From NCBI RefSeq assembly GCF_009834535.1, contig NC_045696.1, positions 58,344,001-58,408,000 of the forward strand: a DNA stretch of 64,000 nt, given 5' to 3'. Shown piece by piece: positions 1 through 11,725 of the stretch. The DNA is from Camelus ferus (lineage: Eukaryota). Under the pieces are notes generated by a model. The model did not search any database. It was not told the origin of the DNA and saw nothing but the letters and a program-made list of their open reading frames with translations. Numbering within the stretch: position 1 is the first letter of the stretch; each line of letters begins with the position of its first letter. The position numbers and the translations under genes are program-made.

Positions 1-3000
1 TCTTCAAAGCGCTCCAGATGATTCTAATAGGAACCAGTGAATTAGTGTTGAGTGGGACCAAGCTACTGTTGCCTGTACACAGAGGTCACTTCAGCCTTGC
101 TCTCTAGACTGAGCCCAGCATATGAAGAGAGACTCACTCTGGAAGCAAAAGAGATGCTAAAAGGAAGCAGATGGCCCCAGGGCATCTGGTCTATGCAGGA
201 AAATGACCTTTGGTCTTGGGGACATTCACAGAACTGTTCCTTTGAGCTGGCCTGTTTGGGAGCTTTTGCCATAAGGACACTGCTCTTCATGCAGATTCTT
301 GATGGGGCCCCGGGTTACCAGCTGACTCCATAAACTGCAAGTGCAGGTGGCTCTACAAAAGGGAGAAAGGAAGAAAACCAAGGTCCTGGGAAAGCTACAG
401 GGATCTGACCCTGCAGAAGCCAGAACTGGTGGTATTTTCCTCTCTCCTGCTTTTGGGCAGAAACACACCCTGGCCAATAGAGCAACGTGTGAGCCTTGAA
501 GGCAGTCTGCTTCGGGGTGGATGAGATCTCGTGGAAGGCTCCTAGTTTCCCCTGGCACCTTGAGGGAAGAGGAGCAGAAGGAAGAGGCTGCTAGAAACAA
601 GTTTGTATTAAACGATAAGATCTCCCCAGCTTCTCACTACAGGCGTAGAGTTACTTAAGGCACCAAAAGAAGGGAAAGAAGAGTCTGGAGTCAGATGCTT
701 TACACACTGGATCCACCCATCCCTGAATAATTGAGAACCAACTGCAGCTCTTTTGTACTTAAAGCAGGGCTCCTGGGGGGCCTCAAGACAATGACTAGTG
801 CAGTTTGGAGGGAGTTTTTGGCTCAGGTGGATCAGTGGTGTTAGCAAGTAAGGATGGATGTAAGTTGCTACCCAACCAGCCATTTCCCTGAAGCTATCTC
901 CCTTAGGGCAACCTCACTTCAACTCTGGCAGAAGAACAGAGCTGCAGGTCATTCAAAATACTGAATGATCAAACTGTTACACAGCCTTATAATGCATTGC
1001 ATTTATGTTTATACGTGGATGTATATGAGTATATTTACATACACACATATACCTAATATGTAGCAGATTTACTTTCCAAATGATGTTTGGCTCAGGTTGA
1101 GACTAAAAGGACAATCCACTTTCTGAAGATACTGGCAATCAGATGGGTTACCAATAGTGGAGCTAGATGCTGGATGTAACTAGAAGCCGGCCTGAGACAA
1201 AACATTCCCCACAAGTAATCCACAAAAAAGGAAATTAACCACTCCTGGAAAATCAAGAAGTGACTGTAATCTCTATTCAAGATGGAGAAGGCTCCCTCAT
1301 TTCTAACCCAGCCTCCTCCTTTGGGGATTTAAACCTATCTCCTCTAATTTGATCCTCAGGGGATGGCAGAACAGATGGTCACCAGCCATCCTCCAGTACC
1401 AGCCCTTCCTATCTCACAAGAGGCCAGAGACAGTCTTGGTTCAAATGCAAAGATATTCTGATAATATTGAGAAGGCTTCAAATTCAAATGAGTTCCAGGT
1501 GCAAGTCTGATTAAGTCATCCTTATTAAACACAGATCAATGAGGGCAGTGTCTTGGTGGGACTCAGCACACAGCTTTGCCTTTAAAGCTTTCACGTGCTC
1601 AGGGAAAGCCTAGTGGAATCCTTGTCCTCCTGTTTCAAGTCAGAGTGGAGGAGGATGTGAAGTCCAACTGCTGGGAAGTGTGCTCAAGGTCAAATTCTCC
1701 CATGCCCAATCACCATCCCTCCCAGGTCCCTGCTTTCCCTACTGTGCCCAGCAGCAAACTGGACTGGAAGCCATCTTTTTTTCCCCCACTCTGGAGGTAC
1801 CAAGTGTCATCATTTCTCATTGGTGAGCCCCTGACTAATGTCAGGATTAAGTGCATTCTGCAAGGTTTGATTTTCATCTCTCACGCTCACTGAAGCAAAG
1901 CACTAAAGCAGAGAAAGAGGAGCAGACACGACAGAGCCACAGGAAGTCTGGCATCCCCTTCCCTTTCAGAACTCTGCTCCCAGCTGGTACTTTCTAGCAT
2001 TCAAGCTGGTTATAAGGGAAGTTTTTTAGGAAAGAGAGTCTTGGAGGAGATTCCTCCATCTGAGACAGCGAATGGCATAGACAAAGATCCCTTTCCAGAT
2101 TATCCATCAGAGAGCCATCTCCTCAGCTAAGGCAGACATCACACCAAAAGTCAGAGAGAGGGAAGTTCACAACAGTATAGCAGTATGCCAGTGAAATCCA
2201 GATGGTGCCCACACAAGCTGTAAAAGAAGGCCTCAGTTCAGCCTATTCAATGAAACTCTGTTAGTCAAGCCACTTGCTTTGGCTCCGGTCATACACTTAA
2301 GACAAGTTAGTTAAGCTTTGTCATAAATTTAGGACCAAATTAGTGATGGCTAGATTCAAATGCAAAGATCTGAATGTGAAGAAAACTCATTTATTAGAGG
2401 TAACTATTTTCAGCATGCACGACCACACACACACACAGTCACTGTTAGTGATCAAGGTGACTGGATGAGGCAAAGAATGATCCCAAGACTCACTGGGGTT
2501 CAGACCCCGATGTATAAATAACCAATACTCCCTCCCAACAGTTCAGATTTCAGGTGCCTGGCTTTGCCTCTGTCCACCCCACAGGTACAAGGTACACACT
2601 TAGTCCCACTTGATAAGTGAGGAATCAGAGGCATGGAGAGGGGACCCGGCACTGAGGGAACAGCTAAGGTGGTGGAAGCCTAGCCTTCTCAGCCCAAACC
2701 CTAGATGCCAAGTCCTTTGGATAACTCCTTATTAGCCATCAGGCCACCCAGATAAACCCACACGGGAAAAAAAACAAACAGTAAATTATATCACAGATGT
2801 CGAGGCAATGCTAGTAACTGTGTTCTAGTTATGCTGATTCACATCCATCCAGGGAGATCAGTCAGAGGCATGTCTTGCCTACTGTTGCACCCATAGCTTC
2901 TAGCACAGTACCCAGCACATAGTAGGTGCTCGATAAATGATGACCAGGTGAGTTTACTGTCACTGTTGGTCTCATTGATCTTGTATCCAGGCAGTAACAA

Positions 3001-4491
3001 AGCCAACACTTGAAAACCATGGGGAACATCCAGGTGCTGGGGTTGTGGGTGGCAGGGCATTGGAGCTCAGCCCTGGGTCCTAAGGGCTATATCACAAGGT
3101 AACATGCACTTGTAATCAGTGACCTTGTTCTTTGCCTTCTGTATCCATTCTACCACCTCAGTCCTCAATGAAAGTAGTGAATTGTTTGTTTGTATGGTAT
3201 TGATCTGAATTGCTGTCTCCTTGGTTTTTCCCTGTGGGATACAGGAGGGTGATTAAGAACAGTAGTGCCATGATCAATGTTCAAAAGAATTGGACCTGGC
3301 AGCACCTTCTTCCCAAGTGCACACACTCCATCCACCAATCTTCAGCCTTGCCAGGCTGATCCTCTATAAATGTCTGCTGGCCCTCTGCCCCCTTGACAAT
3401 CAGGAATCAGGCTTTTCTGGATGTTCCTTGGGGGTCCCTGAACATCTTATGTGAGCTCCCAGTTTTTTCTCATCCAACCTCTGCGTAAGGATTTGGGGAA
3501 ACAAAAAGTCTTGGTTGGACTTTTTTCTTTCTTTCTTTCTTTTTTTTTTTTGTAAAAAATGAAACTGGTTTATACTCACTGGGTTGGGTAGGGAGGGGAG
3601 ATGCAGGAGGAGAGGGGCGGAAGACCTGAGTTCCAGTCCTGGCTCTGAGTCTGGAACGTTGTATCAATGTGAAGTGCTAGATTTGATAACATAAGATGCC
3701 TCTCTGACCTCAAGGACTCTTCATCTCACAGCAGAATCCTAGTGCGCCCTTGAGAGTGAGGGTGTGTTGGGGGCCCAGCAGGTCACAGGTAGGACCAGGC
3801 TGTGGGATGTTCCAGTCAATCCCCAAAGTACAGGGAGACATAATAACAGATAGATAACATGTACACACAGAGATGAGATCACTTAAAATTATTGTTTCTA
3901 GAGCTGCAGAGACCGGGGATCAGACTGCTCAAGGGCTGCATGCTGGCTTTGCTAGGACTGTTTTATTTGGCCAGTTTGACTTGGAATAACCAGTTGTCCT
4001 CGGGTCTGCCCCCTGCCATACCTGATCAGCGCATTTGTTACCTGTCTGACCTCTGTAGGCATCTGAGTTTGTAACTTCCCTGACATGATAATCTTGAAGC
4101 CCTCTTCCAGCTTTGAGTCTCAGTAAGAAGTAATTCACAGAGGGGCTTTCAAACAAGGGGGGAAGGGTACCCCAAGACAGAAAAGCTCCTGAGATTCCTC
4201 TAATCCCAACTGGGAGGTGACAATCCACAGAGCCAGGGTGGACCTCTTGGCTTCTCAGCCGGAGAGGCCGGGCTCTAGGGAATTAGAAAGGGAGTCCCTC
4301 CCTTCTTCGGTCCCACCCTCCCTATGCAGACAGCTAGTGCAGGGGGCCAGAGTCCCAAGCCCAGCTCTCAGTCCCACCTGAGTCCTCAAGTTCTCTTCAG
4401 TCAGTCCAATGCTAAGTCCTTAGTCACCCTTTGGCACCAAGCCCTCCCTGCCTTGTACTGCCTGCATTTTTCTATTCATGTTTTTCCTGCC

Positions 4492-4537
<46 letters not shown>

Positions 4538-6446
4538 TCTCAGGATCAAGTTGGTGAATTTAGCAGCCTCTCTGGGTGTGGATTCATGCCTGTACCTCTT
4601 TGCATCTACCAGCACCTAGCATGGTACACTGCACACAGTAGATGCTTTAAAAGTGTTTGATGTCCACAGTGATGTTAATGCTGGCTCTTGTCATTTCTGG
4701 AGAAGGAAGACCCTGGCTTGACTTCCTCTCACCCTATGGGTGCCTGAGCAGCAAATTCTCTCTCTGTCTCTTTGATATTTTATCCTCCTTCCTCCAAGGT
4801 TGGGAATCTATATTTAGGGCAGGGTTCTGGAGAGTTTTTCCAAGCTGCTTCTTCATCTGCCCCCCTTTTCCTAGTTGTGAGGTCCAGTTCTCAGGCTCAA
4901 GTTCCCTTCTTCCCCTTCCTCAAGGTCACCTATCCTGGTTCTGAAAAGGTGAGAGGCCTCTTTTGAATGTCAAGAAGAACGGTGGGGTGGGGGAGTAAAT
5001 GAGGCGAAGGAATGGAAGAGAATAGACTAAAAGATGAGGGAAAGTGGGGTTGGGGAGGACCGAGAGGGCCTGGAGAGACGCGCTGCTGCAGAAAGAGCCC
5101 AACGAGGCCAAAGTGGTGGGGATAGGAGGGGAAGCGGAGGTGCCTGAGAAATGTGGAAGGAGATTGGATTCGCCAGAGAAGGTAGGATAGCGGTGGGTCT
5201 AGACACAGGCAAGCTTCCAACCTCCCAATCCCAGTTCCTTTGGCTCAGCCCGGAAGAGCGCATCCCGAAAGGGCAGCCCTTCCCCACTCGGGCTGCTCTC
5301 ATCCCTACCGCGGAAAGCCTGGATAGGATCATAGGGGTGGGGGCAGAGTCGGGAGGTTACCTCTCCCCAACCAAACTCGGCGCCCACTGCAGCCCAGCGA
5401 GGCTAGGCGGGAGGAAGAACCCAAGGACCGAGCACAGGGAGAAGGAGAGGAGACAAGAAGGGCGCTTCAGGTGGCTCATCCTCGTTGTTTAAAGTTTGCG
5501 GCAGGCAAAGGAGCCGGCTCTGTCCTCCCTCCGCCGCCCGGAGCTCCGCTCGGCCCGGTCCCCCTAGCCTCGCCATCATCCTCTGCCGGTCCTACGCCCA
5601 CTTCCCTCTCGGCTCCCTCCCGGCTCGAGTCCCCATCCCCTCTTCTGTCTCCATCTCTCCCAGTGCCCAAGCGCCCCCTGCTCCCTCCCTCCTAGCTGGA
5701 TCTCCCGCAAGACGTGAGCGGAAAGTGAATGGGCAGCCTCAACCACAAAGACAAATTACCATGAGAAAAATAAATCAGGAAATCGCGTCCCTCGTTCCCG
5801 CCGCCGCACCCCTCTCCGCCTGCTCAGGCGGGAGCGCCGGGCTCTGGGACCGCTGCGTCTAGGCGTCTACGGCCTGGCGGAGCAGAGTTTGGGCTCCGCG
5901 AGGCCCTGCCAGGGCAGGGGGTCAGAGAAGAATCCAGCAGGGGCCCCGCTGGCGGCGGCGGAGCGGAGACGTCCCCCGAGCGAGAGATTTCACACTCCCG
6001 GCGGGCCACGCGTTCCCACGCGCCTAGCCGCCCGCACTCTCCCTCCACCGGGTTCACTCGTCCACCCTCTCGGAGCCTCCATCTCGGCACCAGTCTCGGA
6101 GCCTCAGCCCCGCTCTCTCTCAGCCTTTCTTATGTCCGTTCCCTCCTCTAGGCCCGGCCCCCGGCCCCCAGACGCGCCGACCGCAGCGGGGCCAGGGCCC
6201 CGTGCAGCATGGACCCAGAGCCAGCGGGCGGCGGGAACGCAGCAGCACGGAGGGCACCCAAGCCGAGATGGTAGCGTGTGGCGCGGAACCCGGGGACCTC
6301 TTCCCCTCCGCCCACAGCCTCCGCCACCTGGTTCCAATTTGCCAGCGCCCCCGGGCCCCAATCCTTCTCCCCACCCGAGTTGCTGAAGTTTGTAACTTGC
6401 GGCCCCAGCCCGCTCAGGGGAAGCGTCCGGGGCTCCCGGGACTCAC
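1..6446 (-). other. SEMA5B: SEMA5B intron 1 (5' part; continues beyond the left edge)
   Basis: Lies downstream of the GTGAGT donor on the minus strand; no semaphorin coding exon recognised in 1-6446. Confidence 0.75.
4495..4533. repeat. (CA)n microsatellite
   Basis: About 19 uninterrupted CA units. Confidence 0.97.
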
Positions 6447-7160
6447 CTCCGGGCTGCGGGCGCAGGTGCCCAGTTCTAGGCGTCTCCTGGCTCCCGGCGG
6501 CGAGGGGCGGCGGAGGCGAACCAGGAGGGCTGGCGGCCCGTCTGGGAATGGGGCGGCCGCGCAGGAACGGCCCCTGGCCCTCACTCGGCGCTCCAGTGCA
6601 GCCGCGAATCGTTCCGGCGCCCGCCACGCTGGGTTCCGCCAGCAGCCGCCGGACGCGCAGCAGACCCGCCCGGCTCCACGGAGCGGGGCTCAGGCGACAG
6701 CCCCCGCGCTCTAACTAGCTCCCGACGCGGCGCGCGGGTGAGAGCAGGGAGGAGGAGACCGAGGGAGCCGGAGGGAGGGAGAGGTGGTGGGGGAGGAGTT
6801 GGAAGCGAGGGGACAGAGGGAGGGGAGCAGGAGCAAAAAGGAGGAGGGGGCTAGAGAGGACCTGCCGCGGCGGGCGCGCCACCCGCCAGCCCCGTGGCGC
6901 GCGGAGGGGCGCGAGGGGGCGCCCTGCACCTCCGCGTCCCTGGGCTCGGCCCGACTCCCGCTCCGGCCTGCCAAGTGTGTTTACCCGGAGGGTGGGCCAA
7001 AGTCCCGCTCCGCAGTCGGCGTTCGAGAAGCGAGACCCAGGTTACCTTTAGCCACATCCTGCCTTACGGTCCTCGATAAGCCCCGACTCGAACCCGACCT
7101 CACCCTGGGGTGTCGGCTTACCAGAACCCTGCCCACTCGAACCCTCGGGGCCTGAGGAAA
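5370..7160. promoter_or_regulatory. CpG island / SEMA5B promoter, with a purine-rich (GGA/GAG) tract at ~6740-6860
   Basis: Very high GC and CpG density against a CpG-depleted background; contains the first exon and GC-box-like motifs. Confidence 0.9.
6447..6790 (-). other. SEMA5B: SEMA5B exon 1 (non-coding 5' UTR exon); TSS boundary approximate
   Basis: Minus strand reads ...GGCCGTTCCTGCGCGGCCGCCCCATTCCCAGACGGGCCGCCAGCCC...CTGGGCACCTGCGCCCGCAGCCCGGAG|GTGAGT, with a perfect donor (plus-strand actcac at 6441-6446). It resembles the human SEMA5B 5' UTR as I recall it, sits in a CpG island, and lies head-to-head ~42 kb from PDIA5, matching human synteny. Confidence 0.85.
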
Positions 7161-7714
7161 TCCTCCCTTCCCCTCGGCTCTCCAATTTCCCAGCCTTATT
7201 AGCTAGAGAGGATCTTCCTGCCTGTGGATTTGAAGCGGGAAAGAACCGCGTACAAAACAGGGGAAATCTGGTGTAAATTGCAGTCGAAGGGAGTGAGGCG
7301 AGGCTGCTGGGCTGGACTGGCCGGATAAGGGTTAATTTTACAAGCTGCACGTCCTTGAGTGAACCTCTCCAAGCCTCAGTTTCCTCAGCTGGAGACTAGG
7401 TTTGGTGATTTTGATACCTTCGCTACAGAGCCGAGCGACTTGAGTAGGGACTATGGTGAGTAAGATAACATCAGGAACATCTGGAGGGCATCCAGGGGAT
7501 TAGCGATCCCGGGAGGCGGCGGAGTGCTCTCGGCTGAGGGGGGAAGGTTTAGCGCGACCACACCGAACAAGGCTGAATTGTTGACAAGTTTAAGTATCTA
7601 GCGTTTCTGACGGCTAGAAAACCAGAGGGAAAGACAGGGGGCAAGCTTCAAATCCTATCTGCCGGGCTGCAAGAGGGACGGGAAGGGAGCCCTCTGCTGA
7701 ACAAAGAAAGGTAT

Positions 7715-7770
7715 AAAAAAAAAAAAAAAAAAAAAGAAAGAAAGAAAGAAAAAAGAAAAAAAAAAAAAAA
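7715..7770. repeat. A-rich / (GAAA)n simple repeat
   Basis: Poly(A) runs with gaaa units; no SINE body recognised upstream. Confidence 0.9.
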
Positions 7771-10700
7771 GGTGACCTAAGAAAAGAAAACGAAAGAATG
7801 AAGGATAAAGACAAAGGACCTGAAAAATTAAACCAGGAGAAATGTGATTATAAGAGATAGCCAAAGAGAACTGTGAAATAAAAATAGATAAATTGGAAGA
7901 AGGAAAATATTAGAAGACTTTTTAGAATATGCCAGAAATCGAAAAATTGGAAGCATTTTACATAACAAAATTCTAGGCAAAGGAAATCCCAGTAAAGCAG
8001 AGGAATGGAGACAGTAAGAGCCCCAGAGAATCACCCTCCTGCCCATGTCCACACACACGCCACTGAACCAAGTAAGAAGCAATGCGGCCAGGATGACGGG
8101 AAAGAAAAAATGAAAGAATCCGAGAAGGGAGTTTATGAGATGCTGAAAGGGGAAACAGTGCACAGTCTCAGAAATAATTTCTAGGGCGACAGGAATGCTG
8201 AAACTCATAATGTGCAGAATGGAGAGGAACTTGGAAAGGGAAGACACACTGGACAAGAGGATAGAGATGCAGACAAGAGGAAAAAGGGTATGTCCAGAGG
8301 AAATGGGTATGTCCAGGCATACCAATCTAGTAGCCCATCCATTTAATTAGAGATAAAAACCAGGTTAGAAAAGGTAATGCAGGGCATCGAATCCAAACCT
8401 ATCATTTTACAGACAAGGACAATGAGATCTAGAGGAGAAGCAATTGTCCCAGAGCTGCAGGCTGAGGTGGGGGCAGGTCTCCTGCCTCCCCAGTCTGGGA
8501 CCCTTCCACAGCTCAGTGCTGCCACCTCACCCCCATTCCCATTCCATACAGAGCTGTGGGGGCTGTTTTTGTTATTGCATAAATATAAATATAGACACCT
8601 TTTATTTAACACAAAAGTATGAAAATATTCCATATATTGCAGGGAAAAGGGATGAGCAGGAGAGTTTCCCCTTTGTCTGGTTGGGAGGGTAGACAAAGTG
8701 CCTTCTTAGTAGTTCTGTTGGGAGCAACTCTCTCTTGAAAGGCAATAAACATCTTCTCCATCCTTCACCATATTCTCTTCCTCCCCCTCTCTTTTTCCAC
8801 CATGTTTTTTCTTTATTCCCTTCCCACCATCACTTCATGCCCCTTCCTGGCTCTCCCCCTCCACATTATGAGTTAATGTGGTGGTGGGGGGTCAGTGCAG
8901 GAAGAGAAGAGGGGAGACCCCAGACTGGGGACATAGGCCAGGAACGCTTCCTTTTCAGGGGAAGCAGGAGCCAAGAAGGGGAGACACCCAAGGAGACACA
9001 GACAGGAGCAGAGATGCTAAGGATGTTGGGCTAATTAAACCTAATTGCGACCTCCAGTACTGTATTGATTAACAGTGATTACTCAAGAGCTCTCAATACA
9101 AAGGAGCTTCAGAGGTCCAAACCTCAGGAAGGGGTAGTTGCTTTACTAGCCCGGCTTGCCACCCGCTTCAGGCATCCCCAGAGTTTGGCAAACTCAGCCT
9201 GGTTAGACTCTCTGAATTATTTACTAGAAACGAAACCTGGAGTGTTGACCTCATCACCACAGTATCACCACCACCTTCTGTCACCTTCCTTAAACCTTTG
9301 CAATAACCTGTACAATAATTACTTCTATTAGGAGCCATTCTCCCCCTAGCCGAACAGTGTTAATTAAGCAGAATGGAAAGACAGTAATTAGTACAGAATT
9401 ATTCAAAACAAACATGCTAAAGAGCAGCGAACACGGTGGGTGGGGGAGTGGGGGTGGGTGGGAAGGCGTTCTTAGAACTCACTCTTGACCTAGAAATTCC
9501 AAACTTACCTTCAACTAAGGGACCAAGAGGTTAAGAAATAAATACAAGTTTTCACGCTCAATGGTGACAAACCTGGGAGCTCACCGGAGGGCATTTTCTG
9601 GGAGATCTGGCTACCTGTGAAAAACAAGAGTGCAGCTTCTCCCAGGAGTCTGTGTAGGTGTGTGTGTGTGTGCGGATGTACACACACCTGTGCATAGGCC
9701 AGGCATAAACACAAATCCAGCCTTGAAGCAAATGGCAAACAAGCCACAGCTACTCATATAGATAGAGAGAGAGAATTGAAAAAAAGAAGGCAGCAATCAC
9801 TTATAATGTCCAAGAAGTTTTCTGGTCCCAGGACCACCTGCTCATTGTGCCTGGGAATGGAAAAGAAAAAGGAAAATTCCCACCCCAGAAGTCACTGTCA
9901 ATTTGTGAACCAGAAGCACACTTAGGTCAGAGGAACTGAAGTGTCACTAAATGACAGCTTTGCCATTGTCCTGAGCTAATGTGAGAGAAGAGGCCTTCCT
10001 TCCTTCCTCCCTCCCTCCCCAAACATTTAAGTGCCACTCACTATGCTGGTTGGAGAGGTCATAGGAAGAGGAGAAAGCCAGAGCCTCACAGGCAGGCGGG
10101 AGAGGCAGCCATAATCACGTCAAATGCAGGAGCAGAGTGCTGCGGGCAGGTGGAGGCCTGGTGACTAGCTCCACCCAGCAGGGCAAGGAGGTCTTCACAG
10201 CAAAGGGCCCTTCTAGCTGGGAATGGAGACGCGGCAGAAATTTGCCAGACAGAGAAGCAGGAGGAGGCAGAGTATTCCAGGCAAGGGAAATAGCAATGTA
10301 TGAAAGCACAAGGCGATATAATTAGATTTCTCTTTTGGAAGAATTACTTGGCCCTGGTTAACAGATTGAGAGAGAGCTGAAGCAGTAAATGTGAGCAGGT
10401 GCGTTGCTGGCAGAAAGAGCACTGTTCCCACAATTAGGACTTCTCGGTTCTGAGACCGACTTGGTCACTAATGAGCTGGGTGTACTTGCTGAAGTCTCTT
10501 AACCTCTCTGACCTTAGCTCCTCACAGCTAAAATGAGGGGGGTCTAGTGACTGGTTTCTAAGGCCCTCCTGGCATAAACATTCTATGACTCTAATTCTTC
10601 CTGCAGATTCTTCTTTAAATTATGTCCTTTACCACGTTAATGCACTGAGTCTTTTCCATGTGTATAGCACTTCACAGTTTACAGAAGTGTTTTCCATATA

Positions 10701-10879
10701 ACTTCTTTTGGCCTTCAGGGCCCCGTGAAGGAGGCAGCCGCTCTGCTGCTCTAGATGATCCTGTCCAGCCCCGAGGCTGTAAATGCTATCCCTCTGCTGA
10801 TGACATCCAAGTTTGCAGCTGCAGCTCTGACCTTTCTCCAGAAACCCAGGTGCAGAGAACCAACCGCCTGCTGCCCTCC

Positions 10880-11725
10880 TCCACGTGAACATTGAATAGG
10901 CATCCTGAACCTAATGTGTCCAACACTTAACCTCTGATTTTCTTCCCTCAAACCTCAGACTCCTCTATTCTAGTAAATAAAAACTCTGTTCTTTGACTTC
11001 CTCAAGGCCAGGATCTTGAAGTCATCCCACACTCCATAAATAAACCATCAATAAGTTCCATTGTCTCTACCTCTGAAATATTTTCAGAATCTGACAACTT
11101 CTGACCACCTCCTCTCCTGGCACCCCAACTCAGACCACCCTCTTCCCTCACCCGGATGTCTGCTCTGCCTGCTTCCACCTTTGTGACTACAATCTGTTCT
11201 CCACACAGAAGCCGTCCTCAGTCAGGTCCTGTCCCCCTTCTACTCAAAGGCCTTGCATGGCTCTCCAGCTCACCAGTGCAAAAGCCACTTCCTCACCCAG
11301 CCTGCAAGGCCCTTTCCGACATCATCTCGTCTCGCTCTTTGCTCCTCACTTCTCCTCAGCCTCCCCAGCCTCCCCACTGTTTCTGGAACACCCGAGTGCC
11401 CCCCCCCAGGCCTTTGCAGTGTATGTTCTCTCCACCTAGAAAGCTCTTCTGTCGGGTGTCCACATGATTGTTCCCTTCCTTCCTTCAGAGTTTGCTCAAG
11501 TATCAGCTTGTTAGAGACGCATTACTATCCTTTCAAGAATGACAAGCCCCTGTCACCCTTTATTGTCACCTGACATGGTACATATTTATTGTCTGTCTGC
11601 CCTGACCAGGATATAAATTCCAGGAAAGTGGAGGCATTGCCTGCTTTGTTCATTGCTGTAATCCTAGCCCACAAGATGGTACTTGGTAAAAACAAGTGCA
11701 CAATAACAATTTAATGAGTGAATCA
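10880..11725 (+). mobile_element. L2 LINE 3' fragment
   Basis: Pyrimidine-rich L2 body ending in tttgttcattgctgtaatcctagc...aatgagtgaat. Confidence 0.75.

Noticed and set aside
5670..5684. CTCF-like motif (minus strand GGAGCAGGGGGCGCT)
   Set aside because: Lacks the conserved 5' CC and is expected by chance in a GC-rich island.
5471..7155. Many overlapping 60-170 aa ORFs on both strands in the SEMA5B CpG island
   Set aside because: Pro/Ala/Gly/Arg-rich by-products of GC content (few stop codons); no recognisable domain; the SEMA5B first exon is non-coding.
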